Virus record (IMG/VR): IMGVR_UViG_2541047719_000006 | Length of the DNA stretch: 52,113 nucleotides | Reading direction: 5' to 3' (one strand) | DNA from: a virus | Taxonomy: Duplodnaviria > Heunggongvirae > Uroviricota > Caudoviricetes | Shown: positions 19,126 to 29,658 of the stretch, one piece after another | How the letters are laid out: the number at the start of each line of letters is the position of its first letter | Position numbering within the stretch: position 1 is the stretch's first letter | Position numbers and translations under genes: made by a program | The notes under the pieces: generated by a model | Told to the model about the DNA's origin: nothing | Database searches by the model: none | What the model saw: the letters and a program-made list of their open reading frames with translations, nothing else

Positions 19126-20583
19126 ATGAATACATCTCATGTAAGAGTTGTTACTCATATGTGTGGGTTCCTGGTTTGGCTCTATAGTCTTTCAATGTTG
19201 CCACCAATGGTTGTAGCATTGTTTTATAAAGAAAAAAGCCTGTTCGTTTTCTTTATAACTTTCGTTATATTTTTTTGCATTGGTGGCGGAGCGTGGTATA
19301 CAACTAAGAAATCTGGTATTCAATTACGTACCCGTGATGGGTTTATTATAATTGTAATGTTTTGGATTTTGTTTTCTGTTATTAGTGCATTCCCTTTATG
19401 GATTGACTCAGAACTTAATTTAACGTTTATTGATGCTCTATTTGAAGGGGTTTCTGGAATAACAACAACAGGAGCAACTGTAATTGATGATGTTAGTTCA
19501 TTACCTCGGGCATATTTGTACTATCGGTCACAGTTAAATTTTATAGGTGGCTTAGGAGTTATTGTTCTGGCGGTTGCTGTATTGCCATTATTGGGTATTG
19601 GTGGTGCAAAGCTTTATCAGTCAGAAATGCCAGGGCCATTTAAGGATGACAAACTTACTCCCCGCCTGGCCGATACGTCACGGACACTTTGGATAACTTA
19701 TTCTTTATTAGGTATTGCTTGTATTGTCTGTTATAGACTTGCAGGAATGCCTTTGTTTGATGCTATTTGTCACGGGATATCCACAGTTTCGCTTGGTGGT
19801 TTCTCAACTCATAGCGAGAGTATCGGATATTTTAATAACTATTTGGTTGAGCTGGTGGCTGGTTCTTTTTCCCTGCTATCGGCTTTCAACTTCACCCTTT
19901 GGTATATTGTTATTAGCAGGAAAACGTTAAAACCTTTAATCAGAGATATTGAACTTCGTTTCTTTCTGTTAATAGCCTTAGGGGTGTTCATTGTTACCTC
20001 TTTCCAGGTCTGGCATATAGGTATGTATGACTTGCCTGGAAGTTTTATTCATTCGTTTTTTCTTGCCAGCTCCATGCTCACTGATAATGGTTTAGCTACG
20101 CAGGATTATGCAAACTGGCCCACGCACACGATAGTGTTTTTGCTGTTGTCAAGTTTCTTTGGGGGATGTATAGGTTCAACTTGTGGTGGAATTAAGTCAC
20201 TTCGATTTCTTATACTTTTCAAACAAAGCAAACACGAGATAAACCAGCTTTCTCATCCCAGAGCGTTGTTGAGTGTAAATGTAGGAGGGAAGATAGTTAC
20301 AGATCGTGTAATGAGGTCTGTATGGAGTTTCTTTTTTCTTTATACTCTCTTCACGGTGTTTTTTATACTGGTGTTAAATGGTATGGGATATGATTTTCTT
20401 ACATCATTTGCAACAGTGGCTGCATGTATTAATAATATGGGATTAGGTTTTGGGGCTACTGCATCGTCATTCGGAGTGCTTAATGACATTGCAAAATATT
20501 TAATGTGCATAGCTATGATTCTTGGTCGCCTTGAAATTTATCCTGTTATTATATTGTTTTCAGGTTTTTTTTGGCGCTCCTAA
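19126..20583 (+). CDS. trkG: Potassium uptake protein TrkG
   Basis: 485 aa from ATG 19126 matching remembered K-12 TrkG (MNTSHVRVVTHMCGFLVWLY...); multi-pass membrane protein; markedly AT-rich. Confidence 0.9.
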   Translation: MNTSHVRVVTHMCGFLVWLYSLSMLPPMVVALFYKEKSLFVFFITFVIFFCIGGGAWYTTKKSGIQLRTRDGFIIIVMFWILFSVISAFPLWIDSELNLTFIDALFEGVSGITTTGATVIDDVSSLPRAYLYYRSQLNFIGGLGVIVLAVAVLPLLGIGGAKLYQSEMPGPFKDDKLTPRLADTSRTLWITYSLLGIACIVCYRLAGMPLFDAICHGISTVSLGGFSTHSESIGYFNNYLVELVAGSFSLLSAFNFTLWYIVISRKTLKPLIRDIELRFFLLIALGVFIVTSFQVWHIGMYDLPGSFIHSFFLASSMLTDNGLATQDYANWPTHTIVFLLLSSFFGGCIGSTCGGIKSLRFLILFKQSKHEINQLSHPRALLSVNVGGKIVTDRVMRSVWSFFFLYTLFTVFFILVLNGMGYDFLTSFATVAACINNMGLGFGATASSFGVLNDIAKYLMCIAMILGRLEIYPVIILFSGFFWRS

Positions 20584-20720
20584 TATATGGCTGATTTATA
20601 ATTGTGAGTTTAATATTATATTGACTCACTCATTGATCCAATACCTAACTTTACCAGCAACACCTCCGCCCCCAGTAGCACTGGCTGCTGGGGTGCGTTT
20701 TATTCATAAAGCAAGGCTGT

Positions 20721-21512
20721 ATGAGCGAGAAATTGAAGATCGTCTATCGCCCTTTACAAGAACTGTCTCCGTATGCACACAACGCCAGGACACACAGCCC
20801 TGAGCAGGTGGCACAACTGGTAGAAAGCATTAAGCAATTCGGCTGGACTAATCCGGTGCTGATTGATGAAAAGGGCGAAATTATTGCTGGTCACGGTCGC
20901 GTTATGGCGGCTGAAGTGCTCAAAATGGATTCCATTCCGGTCATCGTTCTGTCTGGTTTGATGGATGATCAGAAAAAGGCGTACCGCCTGGCAGATAATC
21001 GCCTGCCGCTGAACGCTGGCTGGGATGAAGAACTGTTGCGGATGGAGCTGTCGGAGCTAATCAATGCTGATTTTGATATCTCCCTGACAGGATTCAGCCC
21101 GACAGAAATTGATGAACTGTTGACGGATGTTTTGCCAGGTACAGGAAATGAGGAGGAGCCGTACACGACGAAAATTGATACGCCTGTTTATGAGCCGTCG
21201 GGCGATAAACCGGACATCAGTGAGCTGTACGACGATACGAAAACTCAGGAGCTGATCAGCCGGATACGTTCGGCGTCCCTTGAGCCCGATATCGAAAAAT
21301 TCCTCCTGTGCGCGGCAGAACGCCACACGGTGTTTAATTTCAGCAGAATTGCGGACTATTACGCTCACGCCCCCGCTGAAATTCAGTGTTTTTTCGAGGA
21401 GTCGGCGCTGGTGATCATTGATTATCAGCAGGCTATTGAAAATGGATTTGTCCGGATGACGCAGCGCATGGTGGAGATCATGCATGGTGGTGAGGAGGAG
21501 GAATATGCGTGA
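20721..21512 (+). CDS. ynaK: ParB-like nuclease domain protein (YnaK-like, full length)
   Basis: 263 aa; N-terminal ParB/Srx-like segment VYRPLQELSPYAHNARTH ... GHGRVMAA; Rac synteny after trkG. Confidence 0.7.
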   Translation: MSEKLKIVYRPLQELSPYAHNARTHSPEQVAQLVESIKQFGWTNPVLIDEKGEIIAGHGRVMAAEVLKMDSIPVIVLSGLMDDQKKAYRLADNRLPLNAGWDEELLRMELSELINADFDISLTGFSPTEIDELLTDVLPGTGNEEEPYTTKIDTPVYEPSGDKPDISELYDDTKTQELISRIRSASLEPDIEKFLLCAAERHTVFNFSRIADYYAHAPAEIQCFFEESALVIIDYQQAIENGFVRMTQRMVEIMHGGEEEEYA

Positions 21513-22437
21513 TGATTTTTGCGCCTTTATTCTGACTCACGGGCGACCGGACAAAGTTCTGACTTACCGGACGTTGCGTCGTGCTGGCTATACCGGGAAA
21601 ATTTTTATCGTTGTTGATGATGAAGATAAGACACGGCATCAGTACATGGCTGAATTTGGTGAACAGGTGCTGGTGTTTTCCAAAGCCGATATCGCCAGTC
21701 GTTTTGACGAAGCCGATAATTTCGGTGACCGCCGCTCAATTTTTTACGCCCGTAATGCCTGTTTCGACCTGGCAAAACTGGTCGGGTGTAAATACTTCAT
21801 TCAGCTCGATGATGATTATCACGAGTTCCAGTTTCGGGTGGATCGCAACTATGACCAGGCCTATTTTCCGATAAGGAAACTGGATGCGATCCTTTCTGAA
21901 ATGCTGGCGTACTACGAATCAATACCTGCTCTTTCCATCGCTATGTCGCAGGGCGGGGATTTTCTTGGTGACAATGGCGGCCATGCTTCGTGGGTGAAAC
22001 GCAAGGCAATGAACAGCTTTATCTGTTCGGTTGATCGACCGTTCTCATTCATGGGGCGCATTAACGAGGATGTGAATACGTACACGAATCTCGGTCGCTG
22101 TGGTGAATTGTTTATGACGATCGGTGCTGTCCAGTTAGGGCAGAAACAGACGCAGAAAAACAGCGGCGGAATGACCGAGCTGTATCTGGATTCCGGAACC
22201 TACGTTAAAAGTTTTTACTCCGTCATGTATGCGCCGTCGTGCGTAAAAATCTCACTGATGGGTGCCAGCCATAAACGCATTCACCATCAGGTCACCTGGA
22301 ACAACGCTGCAGTAAAAATCCTTCACGAAAAATACAGGAAGAAGACACCCTGCATATCAATAGGGGTGACAAATGATTCCGTATTCGAAAGTCGAGTCTC
22401 TGGCAGCGTGCCGGATGACTGCACAACAAATCGCTGA
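21505..22437 (+). CDS. Hypothetical protein with GT-A glycosyltransferase-like motifs (YdaY-like)
   Basis: Start ATG 21505 after GAGGAGGAGG; FILTHGRP ... IVVDDED ... ARNACFDLAKLVGCKYFIQLDDDY resembles GT2 N-terminal strand and DxD motif; alternative start 21484. Confidence 0.45.
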   Translation: MRDDFCAFILTHGRPDKVLTYRTLRRAGYTGKIFIVVDDEDKTRHQYMAEFGEQVLVFSKADIASRFDEADNFGDRRSIFYARNACFDLAKLVGCKYFIQLDDDYHEFQFRVDRNYDQAYFPIRKLDAILSEMLAYYESIPALSIAMSQGGDFLGDNGGHASWVKRKAMNSFICSVDRPFSFMGRINEDVNTYTNLGRCGELFMTIGAVQLGQKQTQKNSGGMTELYLDSGTYVKSFYSVMYAPSCVKISLMGASHKRIHHQVTWNNAAVKILHEKYRKKTPCISIGVTNDSVFESRVSGSVPDDCTTNR

Positions 22438-22624
22438 CGTTCTGGATGTTGATCTGAACCGACTGAAAGAAAATCGGGAAGCAATGACAGATTTTTATGC
22501 GGCCATCCGTAAGGGCAGAGCGAAAGGTGAAGCCGAGTTACGAGCGGCATTGTTTAAGCTTGCCAGAAAAGGGGATGCCTTTGCTCTGCGCGAACTACTC
22601 AGGGTGGATAAAAATCAGGACTAA
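22373..22624 (+). CDS. Hypothetical small protein upstream of terminase
   Basis: 83 aa; AGGGGTGA RBS; overlaps 3' end of upstream gene by 65 nt. Confidence 0.35.
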   Translation: MIPYSKVESLAACRMTAQQIADVLDVDLNRLKENREAMTDFYAAIRKGRAKGEAELRAALFKLARKGDAFALRELLRVDKNQD

Positions 22625-22627
22625 CTG

Positions 22628-23722
22628 ATGAGCAGACCGGACTGGGGGGCGTTGCAGCAGGAGTATATTGCTGAATACACCCGCTCCGGTATATCTCCGG
22701 TGGCATGGTGTGAAGCAAGGGGACTGAATTACGCAACAGCCCGTCGTTACATCAAAAAACCTCCGAAAAATGCGCAGACAGAAATGCGCAAAACTGCGCA
22801 AAAAAGTGCGCAGAAAAAATCTGCGCAGACTGCACAAAAGCGGAACGAAAAATCTCAGGAAAAAAAGCCAGTATTCGATGCGGGCCTGAATGAGGGCGAC
22901 GCGGAGGAATTTTCGTTCTGTCCCGATGAATTCGGCATTTCTGACCAGCAGGCTAAGTTTGCGATGCTTGTTGCTCAGGGGAAAAAGCCGACAGAGGCGT
23001 ACCGACTAGCCGGTTATGAGGGGCAAGGTGCGACAGCTAACAGCAACGCCAGTCGTATGCTTAGAAATGCCAGGGTTTTTCGCGCTATCAGCTACTTCCG
23101 CAATCAGTACCAGAAACGCTATACCGCAGACCTGGATTTACTGGTGAGTCAGTTGATGGCCATTGTCCTGGCCGACCCCAATCAGCTTGCACAATTTCGC
23201 CGTGTTAACTGCCGTTATTGCTGGGGCGAGAATCATCTCTACCAGTGGCGCGATATAGCAGAATTCGACAAGGCAGCGGCGCAGGCTTCCAGAGATGGCA
23301 AACCCGAACCGGAATATGGAGGCCTCGGCTTTGTTGATAACGCCATACCCAATCCGGACTGCCCGAAGTGCTGCGGTGAGGGAACGGGACAGCTTTATAT
23401 GGCTGATACCACTCTGCTTGATGGGGATGCGCGGCAATTATATGCAGGGGCAAAACTCGGAAAATTCGGCGTTGAGATCCTGCTGGAGGATAAGGCTGCC
23501 GCCCGGCGTGAATTGTTGCGTTTGCTTTCTGCTGGCGGGGCTTTATGTGCAGATAAGCGGCTACAGGAACTGGAAATTGAACGACGCAGAATGGAAAACC
23601 AGAAGCTGCGCAAAGAGATCGAAACGGTGGAAGATAATGAACATCCCCAGCCTGTGGCGATCAATATTAATGTGGTTGATGCCAGAGTAAGGAGTGATGA
23701 AGATGATCTCTCCGACGCTTAA
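22628..23722 (+). CDS. Terminase small subunit
   Basis: 364 aa; segment AKFAMLVAQGKKPTEAYRLAGY typical of TerS; directly upstream of large terminase. Confidence 0.7.
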   Translation: MSRPDWGALQQEYIAEYTRSGISPVAWCEARGLNYATARRYIKKPPKNAQTEMRKTAQKSAQKKSAQTAQKRNEKSQEKKPVFDAGLNEGDAEEFSFCPDEFGISDQQAKFAMLVAQGKKPTEAYRLAGYEGQGATANSNASRMLRNARVFRAISYFRNQYQKRYTADLDLLVSQLMAIVLADPNQLAQFRRVNCRYCWGENHLYQWRDIAEFDKAAAQASRDGKPEPEYGGLGFVDNAIPNPDCPKCCGEGTGQLYMADTTLLDGDARQLYAGAKLGKFGVEILLEDKAAARRELLRLLSAGGALCADKRLQELEIERRRMENQKLRKEIETVEDNEHPQPVAININVVDARVRSDEDDLSDA

Positions 23723-25004
23723 TGTGCCTCAGGCGCGATTTCTTTCAATGCCCCATAAATTTAAAGCCTATATTGCTGGTTTTGGCTCGGGCAAAACATG
23801 GGTTGGGTGTGGCGGCATATGCAAGGGGATTTGGGAGCATCCAGGTATAAATCAGGGATATTTTGCGCCAACGTATCCCCAAATTCGCGATATTTTTTAC
23901 CCTACAGTGGAAGAAGTTGCTGCTGACTGGGGATTGAACGTAAAAATTAATGAGGGAAATAAAGAGGTTCACTTTTATTACGGACGCCAGTATCGGGGAA
24001 CCACTATCTGCAGATCGATGGAGAAGCCACAAACGATCGTCGGTTTCAAAATTGGTAATGCGCTGGTGGATGAACTGGACATTTTGCCGAAGGAAAAAGC
24101 CAGAACGGCGTGGCGCAAGATAATTGCGCGTATGCGTTATAAGATTGATGGACTTCGCAACGGTATTGACGTTACAACCACGCCGGAAGGATTCAAATTT
24201 GTCTACGAGCAGTTTGTTAAAGCCGTGCGTGAAAAAACAGAGCTGGCCTCACTGTATGGTCTGGTGCAGGCATCTACTTTCGATAATGAAAAGAACCTGC
24301 CAGCAGATTACATTCCTTCGCTTCTTGAATCATACCCTCCAGAGCTGATTAAAGCCTATCTTCGAGGACAGTTTACTAACCTGACAAGTGGTACTGTTTA
24401 CCATCAGTTTGACCGGAAACTGAATAATTGCGAAGAAGTGGAGCAGCCAGGGGAGCCGATTTATATTGGGATGGATTTTAACGTTGGAAAGATGGCGGGG
24501 ATCGTCCATGTGCTGCGTTTGGGGCTTCCATGTGCGGTAACTGAAATCATCAATGCCTACGATACGCCGGATATGATCCGCATCATTAAAGAACGCTTCT
24601 GGCTGTATGACGGGAATGATTACCGGAAAGTGAGGGAGATTTATATTTATCCAGATGCTTCCGGAGATTCCAGAAAATCAAGTAACGCAAGTACGACGGA
24701 TATAGCCCAGCTTAAGCAGGCTGGTTTTAACGTTGTGGTGAACAGCTCGAACCCGCCAGTAAAAGATCGCGTTAACTCAATGAATGCAATGTTCTGCAAT
24801 GCCAATGGTGAGCGTCGCTATAAAGTTAATGTGAAGCGTTGTCCGGTATATGCCGAATCTCTGGAGCAACAGGTCTGGGATGATAAGGGGGAGCCTGATA
24901 AAAAATCTGGCAATGATCACCCGAATGATGCCGGAGGTTATTTCATCGTTAAGCAATTCCCTATTGTCAAACCGACCGGAAGAGTCACATCACTTCGGAT
25001 TTAA
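23703..25004 (+). CDS. Terminase large subunit
   Basis: Walker A AGFGSGKT near N-terminus; AAGGAG RBS favours ATG 23703; ORF track start 23694. Confidence 0.85.
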   Translation: MISPTLNVPQARFLSMPHKFKAYIAGFGSGKTWVGCGGICKGIWEHPGINQGYFAPTYPQIRDIFYPTVEEVAADWGLNVKINEGNKEVHFYYGRQYRGTTICRSMEKPQTIVGFKIGNALVDELDILPKEKARTAWRKIIARMRYKIDGLRNGIDVTTTPEGFKFVYEQFVKAVREKTELASLYGLVQASTFDNEKNLPADYIPSLLESYPPELIKAYLRGQFTNLTSGTVYHQFDRKLNNCEEVEQPGEPIYIGMDFNVGKMAGIVHVLRLGLPCAVTEIINAYDTPDMIRIIKERFWLYDGNDYRKVREIYIYPDASGDSRKSSNASTTDIAQLKQAGFNVVVNSSNPPVKDRVNSMNAMFCNANGERRYKVNVKRCPVYAESLEQQVWDDKGEPDKKSGNDHPNDAGGYFIVKQFPIVKPTGRVTSLRI

Positions 25005-25006
25005 TT

Positions 25007-26413
25007 ATGGCTGATATATCAACACCCAACCTCGACTATAACGATATGCTGGAGGCGTGGGATATTAACGACGCATTGATGGGCGGTACGCTTGAAATGC
25101 GCAGGCAGGGGGAAAATTATCTCCCCAAATGGCCTAATGAAGATGAAGACGCTTATAAAAAACGCCTGTCTGTGGCTACGCTACTTCCTGTGTATGAAGA
25201 AAGCATCAAACAAAATATTGGGCGCATATTTGCAGAGCCGACAGTATTGAGTGAGGAAACGCCGGAAAAAATCAGGGAATATGCAGAAAATATCGACATG
25301 GAGGGGAGCCGACTGGATGTGTGGGCGCAGCAATTTTTCAGTCTCGCATTTCAGTATGGTGTGGCACATGCGCTGGTGGACTATCCACGAACGGATATGA
25401 AAGAGATTCGGACAAAAGCCGATGAAAACGCGGCCGGTGGTCGCCCGTACGTTACGATGCTGAATCCACGCCAGGTTATTGGATGGAAATCGAAAGTTGA
25501 AAAAGGGAAAGTTGTTCTCACTGATTTGCGTATAAAAGAGGTCATCATTATTGATGGTGATGATTTCGGGCAGAAGAAGGTGGAGCAGATCCGCCATATT
25601 ATGCCCCGTCGAGTTGAAATTTATCGACGCAGCGAAGGTACTAATGGCGAATCTGTCTGGACGCTTCATGAGTCATGGAATACCAGCCGTGATGATATTC
25701 CTCTGGTAACACTGTATACGAAGAAAACAGGGTTTATGCGTGGTACACCGCCATTGCTTAATCTTGGCTTGCTGAATATCAAGCACTGGCAAAGCCAGAG
25801 CGAGCAGGACAATATTCTTCATGTTGCCCGCGTTCCATTGCTGGTGGCCTACGGGCTGGACAGGAATGAAGAACTGACGGTTGGTGCATCCACCGCTACG
25901 ATTTTTGAGGACAGAACAAAAAATGGCCTCGAATATGTTGAACATAGTGGCGCAGCGATAGAATCTGGCGAAACATCACTTGAGAAGCTGGAAAATCAGA
26001 TGCGTCATGCCGGCGCTAAACTTCTGCGGGCTGAAAATACATCCACCAAATCTGTTGATCAGACTAATGAAGAGCGGATGCAGGAACACTCGCCGCTTTA
26101 TACAATGGCGAACTCCCTCGAAGATGCCCTCGATAATATTCTCCAGATAATGGCGGAATGGAGCGGAGAGAGTTGCGGTGGCAATGTGGATGTGCGCACT
26201 GAACTGGATGTATCTGCCCAGGTGTTTGACTCATCCTCCGCGCTGGCTGTTCAGTCATTGCGTCAGGGCGGTGATATACGTCAGATTGATGCGGTTCGGG
26301 TGTTGCAGGCGTTGAAATTTATCGATCAGGATTCCCGTCCAGAGGAAGTGATCGATGAATTAAAAAATCAGAGTGTAATGCTGATGGAAATCAATGATGC
26401 AAACCGTGAATGA
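25007..26413 (+). CDS. Portal protein
   Basis: 468 aa; position between TerL and head morphogenesis gene. Confidence 0.65.
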   Translation: MADISTPNLDYNDMLEAWDINDALMGGTLEMRRQGENYLPKWPNEDEDAYKKRLSVATLLPVYEESIKQNIGRIFAEPTVLSEETPEKIREYAENIDMEGSRLDVWAQQFFSLAFQYGVAHALVDYPRTDMKEIRTKADENAAGGRPYVTMLNPRQVIGWKSKVEKGKVVLTDLRIKEVIIIDGDDFGQKKVEQIRHIMPRRVEIYRRSEGTNGESVWTLHESWNTSRDDIPLVTLYTKKTGFMRGTPPLLNLGLLNIKHWQSQSEQDNILHVARVPLLVAYGLDRNEELTVGASTATIFEDRTKNGLEYVEHSGAAIESGETSLEKLENQMRHAGAKLLRAENTSTKSVDQTNEERMQEHSPLYTMANSLEDALDNILQIMAEWSGESCGGNVDVRTELDVSAQVFDSSSALAVQSLRQGGDIRQIDAVRVLQALKFIDQDSRPEEVIDELKNQSVMLMEINDANRE

Positions 26414-27509
26414 ACGGCTGCGTGATGAATCAATTGCTCATGCAGTCTGGATATCCCGCTATAGCACTGGTGTGGCTGCCAGAATGGTGAAAATACTGAA
26501 TGACAGCGATGCGGAGCTTACAGCTCGCCTGCTGGTAGCACTGGACAGCCTCGATCCTGGTAGTTTTACCGTTACGCGCCTGGAGTCACTTCTGGCGAGT
26601 GTCAGAGAGGTTAACCGCGCTGCTATTAACAGCATGTTTACCAGTCTCTCCGGAGAGCTGAACGAGCTGGCAATTTATGAGGCTGGTTATCAGTTAAGTC
26701 TGTTTGATTCTCTGCTACCTGATTTTGTTGCTGATGTTCACCCTCTGGTTGGTATATCTTCTGATGCACTTTACGCCGCTGCAATGGCGCGACCATTCCA
26801 GGGACGACTGCTCAGTGAGTGGGCCTTGGATCTTGAGGCGGATCGGCTCAGACGCATAACAAATACGGTGCGTCAGGGTTTTTTGCTGGGGGATACCAAT
26901 GAGCAGATCGCAAGAAAAATTCGGGGACATGTCAGCAAGGGATTTCAGGATGGTGCATTGCAGATGAGCCGGGCTAATGCGGCCAGCATTGCAAAAACAG
27001 CGGTTGGACATCTTGCTGCTACTGCCCGTGAGAGTTTTGCCAGCGCGAATAATGATTTGATTAAGGGTAAGCAATGGTTATCAACGCTTGATAATCGTAC
27101 TACGCCACAATGTCGAATCAGGGATCGCCTCAAATATACGCTGGATAATAAACCTGTAGGTCACAGTGTGCCTTATTTGCATGGGCCGGGAAAAATTCAT
27201 TTCTGCTGCCGCTCAACGGAAACGTTCATTCTGAAATCAGCGAAGGAACTGGGTATTGATGTTCGTGATATTTCCCCGGCTGAGCGGGCCAGCATGGATG
27301 GCGTGGTGGCCGGAGATACAACCTACAGGGAATGGTTTTTGCGTCAGCCTTACACCAGACAAAAACAGATTGTGGGGGAAACCCGGGCAAAGCTGATTCG
27401 GGATGGCGGTATGTCGCCAGATGAATTTTACACCGATAAAGGCGAATGGCTGACGCTGAAGCAACTCCGTGAGCGTGATGCACAGGTATTCAGAAAAGCA
27501 GGGATTTAA
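26394..27509 (+). CDS. Head morphogenesis protein (Mu F / SPP1 gp7-like)
   Basis: 371 aa; start overlaps portal 3' end. Confidence 0.6.
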   Translation: MMQTVNERLRDESIAHAVWISRYSTGVAARMVKILNDSDAELTARLLVALDSLDPGSFTVTRLESLLASVREVNRAAINSMFTSLSGELNELAIYEAGYQLSLFDSLLPDFVADVHPLVGISSDALYAAAMARPFQGRLLSEWALDLEADRLRRITNTVRQGFLLGDTNEQIARKIRGHVSKGFQDGALQMSRANAASIAKTAVGHLAATARESFASANNDLIKGKQWLSTLDNRTTPQCRIRDRLKYTLDNKPVGHSVPYLHGPGKIHFCCRSTETFILKSAKELGIDVRDISPAERASMDGVVAGDTTYREWFLRQPYTRQKQIVGETRAKLIRDGGMSPDEFYTDKGEWLTLKQLRERDAQVFRKAGI

Positions 27510-27529
27510 ATAAATCATTTATTACAACA

Positions 27530-27553
27530 GGCTACCTTCGGGTGGCCTTTTTT
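27530..27553 (+). terminator. Intrinsic terminator-like hairpin inside late operon
   Basis: GGCTACC-ttcg-GGTGGCC followed by TTTTTT. Confidence 0.5.
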
Positions 27554-27613
27554 ATTGCTGCGATCCGGATGGTGAGCAGCGTAACTGTCGGAAGACTTAA
27601 ACCAGGTACTAAT

Positions 27614-28378
27614 ATGAAACTGAAAACGGTCGAGATTAACGGAAAACAATACGCAGAAATTGATACTGCTGGCCTGCCAGTTTATGTGCACGACGATGGT
27701 AAAGAAATCGGCTTCGATGCACCGCTGGCGATAAAAAAAATTACAGAGCTTAATGGCGAGGCAAAAAATCATCGCCTGGCTAAAGAAGCTGCAGAGGAAA
27801 AACTGGCTAAGTTTGCCGCTATCGAAGACCCGAAGAAGGCGATCGAGGCACTGGAAATGCTGTCAAAAATCGACCAGAAAAAGCTGATCGATGCGGGACA
27901 GGTTGACCAGGTTAAGGCAGAAATTACGAAAAATTTTCAGCAGCAATTAGATGAAGAAAAGCAACGCTCTCAGATGCTGGAGACGCAGCTTTACGATTCT
28001 ATGATTGGCGGTAGTTTTGCGGGTTCAAAATATATTGCCGATAAAATTGCGATCCCGGCAGATTTATTACAAGCCCGCTTCGGGCAGGCATTCAAAGTGG
28101 AAGAAGGGAAGATCGTTGCTTATGACGCTTCCGGCAACAAAATTTATTCCCGCGCGAAGCCTGGCGAACTGGCGCAGTTTGATGAGGCGCTGGAGTTCCT
28201 CGTCGAAAATTACCCTCAGAAAGACTACATCCTGAAAGCCAGTGGCAACAATGGCGGCGGCTCCCGTCCGACACAGCATGATATTGGTCAGAAAACGATG
28301 AAACGCTCTGCTTTTGATGCACTGGATGTTGCAGGTAAGCAAAACGCATTGAAAGACGGTATCACAATTGTTGATTAA
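27614..28378 (+). CDS. Scaffolding protein (putative)
   Basis: Acidic, helical, coiled-coil-like sequence between head morphogenesis and capsid genes; start uncertain (ORF track 27542 lies inside the hairpin). Confidence 0.5.
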   Translation: MKLKTVEINGKQYAEIDTAGLPVYVHDDGKEIGFDAPLAIKKITELNGEAKNHRLAKEAAEEKLAKFAAIEDPKKAIEALEMLSKIDQKKLIDAGQVDQVKAEITKNFQQQLDEEKQRSQMLETQLYDSMIGGSFAGSKYIADKIAIPADLLQARFGQAFKVEEGKIVAYDASGNKIYSRAKPGELAQFDEALEFLVENYPQKDYILKASGNNGGGSRPTQHDIGQKTMKRSAFDALDVAGKQNALKDGITIVD

Positions 28379-28476
28379 CACATTTGTCAGCTTCCGGATG
28401 GGAGCTGGTGTCAGGGCTGGATAGCTCATTACTCCATCTATTCACGATTACGCAAATTTTTAAGGAATATTTAATT

Positions 28477-29616
28477 ATGGCTGGAAATACCCTGACCGGG
28501 TTGATCCCGACTATTTATACCGCCCTGGATATTGTATCCCGTGAGCAGGTAGGTTTTATCCCTGCGGTAGCAAAAAACGCAAAAGCTGACGCCGCAGCAA
28601 AAGATCAGACGGTAACCGCGCCAGTTGCGCCTGAGGCGAAAACCGAAGATATCGTACCGGGGCCGTCAGCTCCGAATACCGGTGATCAAAATATTGGCAC
28701 TGTTGATGTGAAAATTACTAAATCCAAAATGGCACCGGTTAAATGGAATGGTGAAGAACAACTGGCTCTTGGCCCTTCAGGGACTTACAACACCATTCTG
28801 GCTGATCAGTTTAAGCAGGCTTTTCGCGCCCTTGCAAACGAGGTTGAGGCTGATCTTGGTGCGTTGTATTTCGGTGCTTCCCGCGCCGTGGGAACCGCAG
28901 GGACAACGCCGTTTGGTGTTAAAGATGATCTTTCTGATGCTGCTCTGGCTCGTCAGGTTCTGGAGGATAACGGCGCACCGACAACCGATCTGCAGATGGT
29001 GCTTGGCTCCAGTGCCATTGCTAATTTGCGCGGAAAACAGTCTGTACTGTTTAAAGTGAATGAATCCGGCACTGAACAGCTACTGCGTGAGGGCGTGTTG
29101 GGGCGTCTGGAGGGATTCAATATTCACAGTTCGGCAGGTGTAAAACGAGCGCCAAAGGTTGCTGCAACTGGTTATCTCGTGAATGGCGAGAAAAAAGAAG
29201 GCGATGTTCTTATTTCCATTGATACTGGTTCGGGGAGTATTTCTGCAGGTCAGATTGTTACGTTCGCTGGCGATCCGAATCAGTATGTTGTGGCAGCAGC
29301 GACCAGCAATCTGATTACTCTTGCAGCGCCCGGACTGCGTCAGGATCTGGCCGATGATACTGCAATCACAGTTGTTGGCTCCTTTACTGCAAATATGGCG
29401 TTTGATCGCAACGCGTTTCTGCTGGCATCCCGTACTCCGGCAATGCCGGAAGGTGGCGATAATGCTGATGATGTAATGAATGTTACGGACCCGATTTCAG
29501 GGATTACGTTCCAGATTGCACTGTATCGTCAGTATCGCCAGGTGCGCTATGAAGTTGGACTGGCATGGGGTGTTTCATCAGTGAAGCCGGCACATGGTTG
29601 TCTGATTCTTGGTTAA
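28477..29616 (+). CDS. Major capsid protein
   Basis: 379 aa from ATG 28477 (AAGGA RBS); followed by strong terminator hairpin. Confidence 0.65.
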   Translation: MAGNTLTGLIPTIYTALDIVSREQVGFIPAVAKNAKADAAAKDQTVTAPVAPEAKTEDIVPGPSAPNTGDQNIGTVDVKITKSKMAPVKWNGEEQLALGPSGTYNTILADQFKQAFRALANEVEADLGALYFGASRAVGTAGTTPFGVKDDLSDAALARQVLEDNGAPTTDLQMVLGSSAIANLRGKQSVLFKVNESGTEQLLREGVLGRLEGFNIHSSAGVKRAPKVAATGYLVNGEKKEGDVLISIDTGSGSISAGQIVTFAGDPNQYVVAAATSNLITLAAPGLRQDLADDTAITVVGSFTANMAFDRNAFLLASRTPAMPEGGDNADDVMNVTDPISGITFQIALYRQYRQVRYEVGLAWGVSSVKPAHGCLILG

Positions 29617-29626
29617 ACATTCAAAC

Positions 29627-29646
29627 GGGGCTTCGGCCCCATTTTT
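29627..29646 (+). terminator. Terminator hairpin after major capsid gene
   Basis: GGGGC-ttcg-GCCCC followed by ATTTTT. Confidence 0.55.
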
Positions 29647-29658
29647 AATGGAGGGCAT

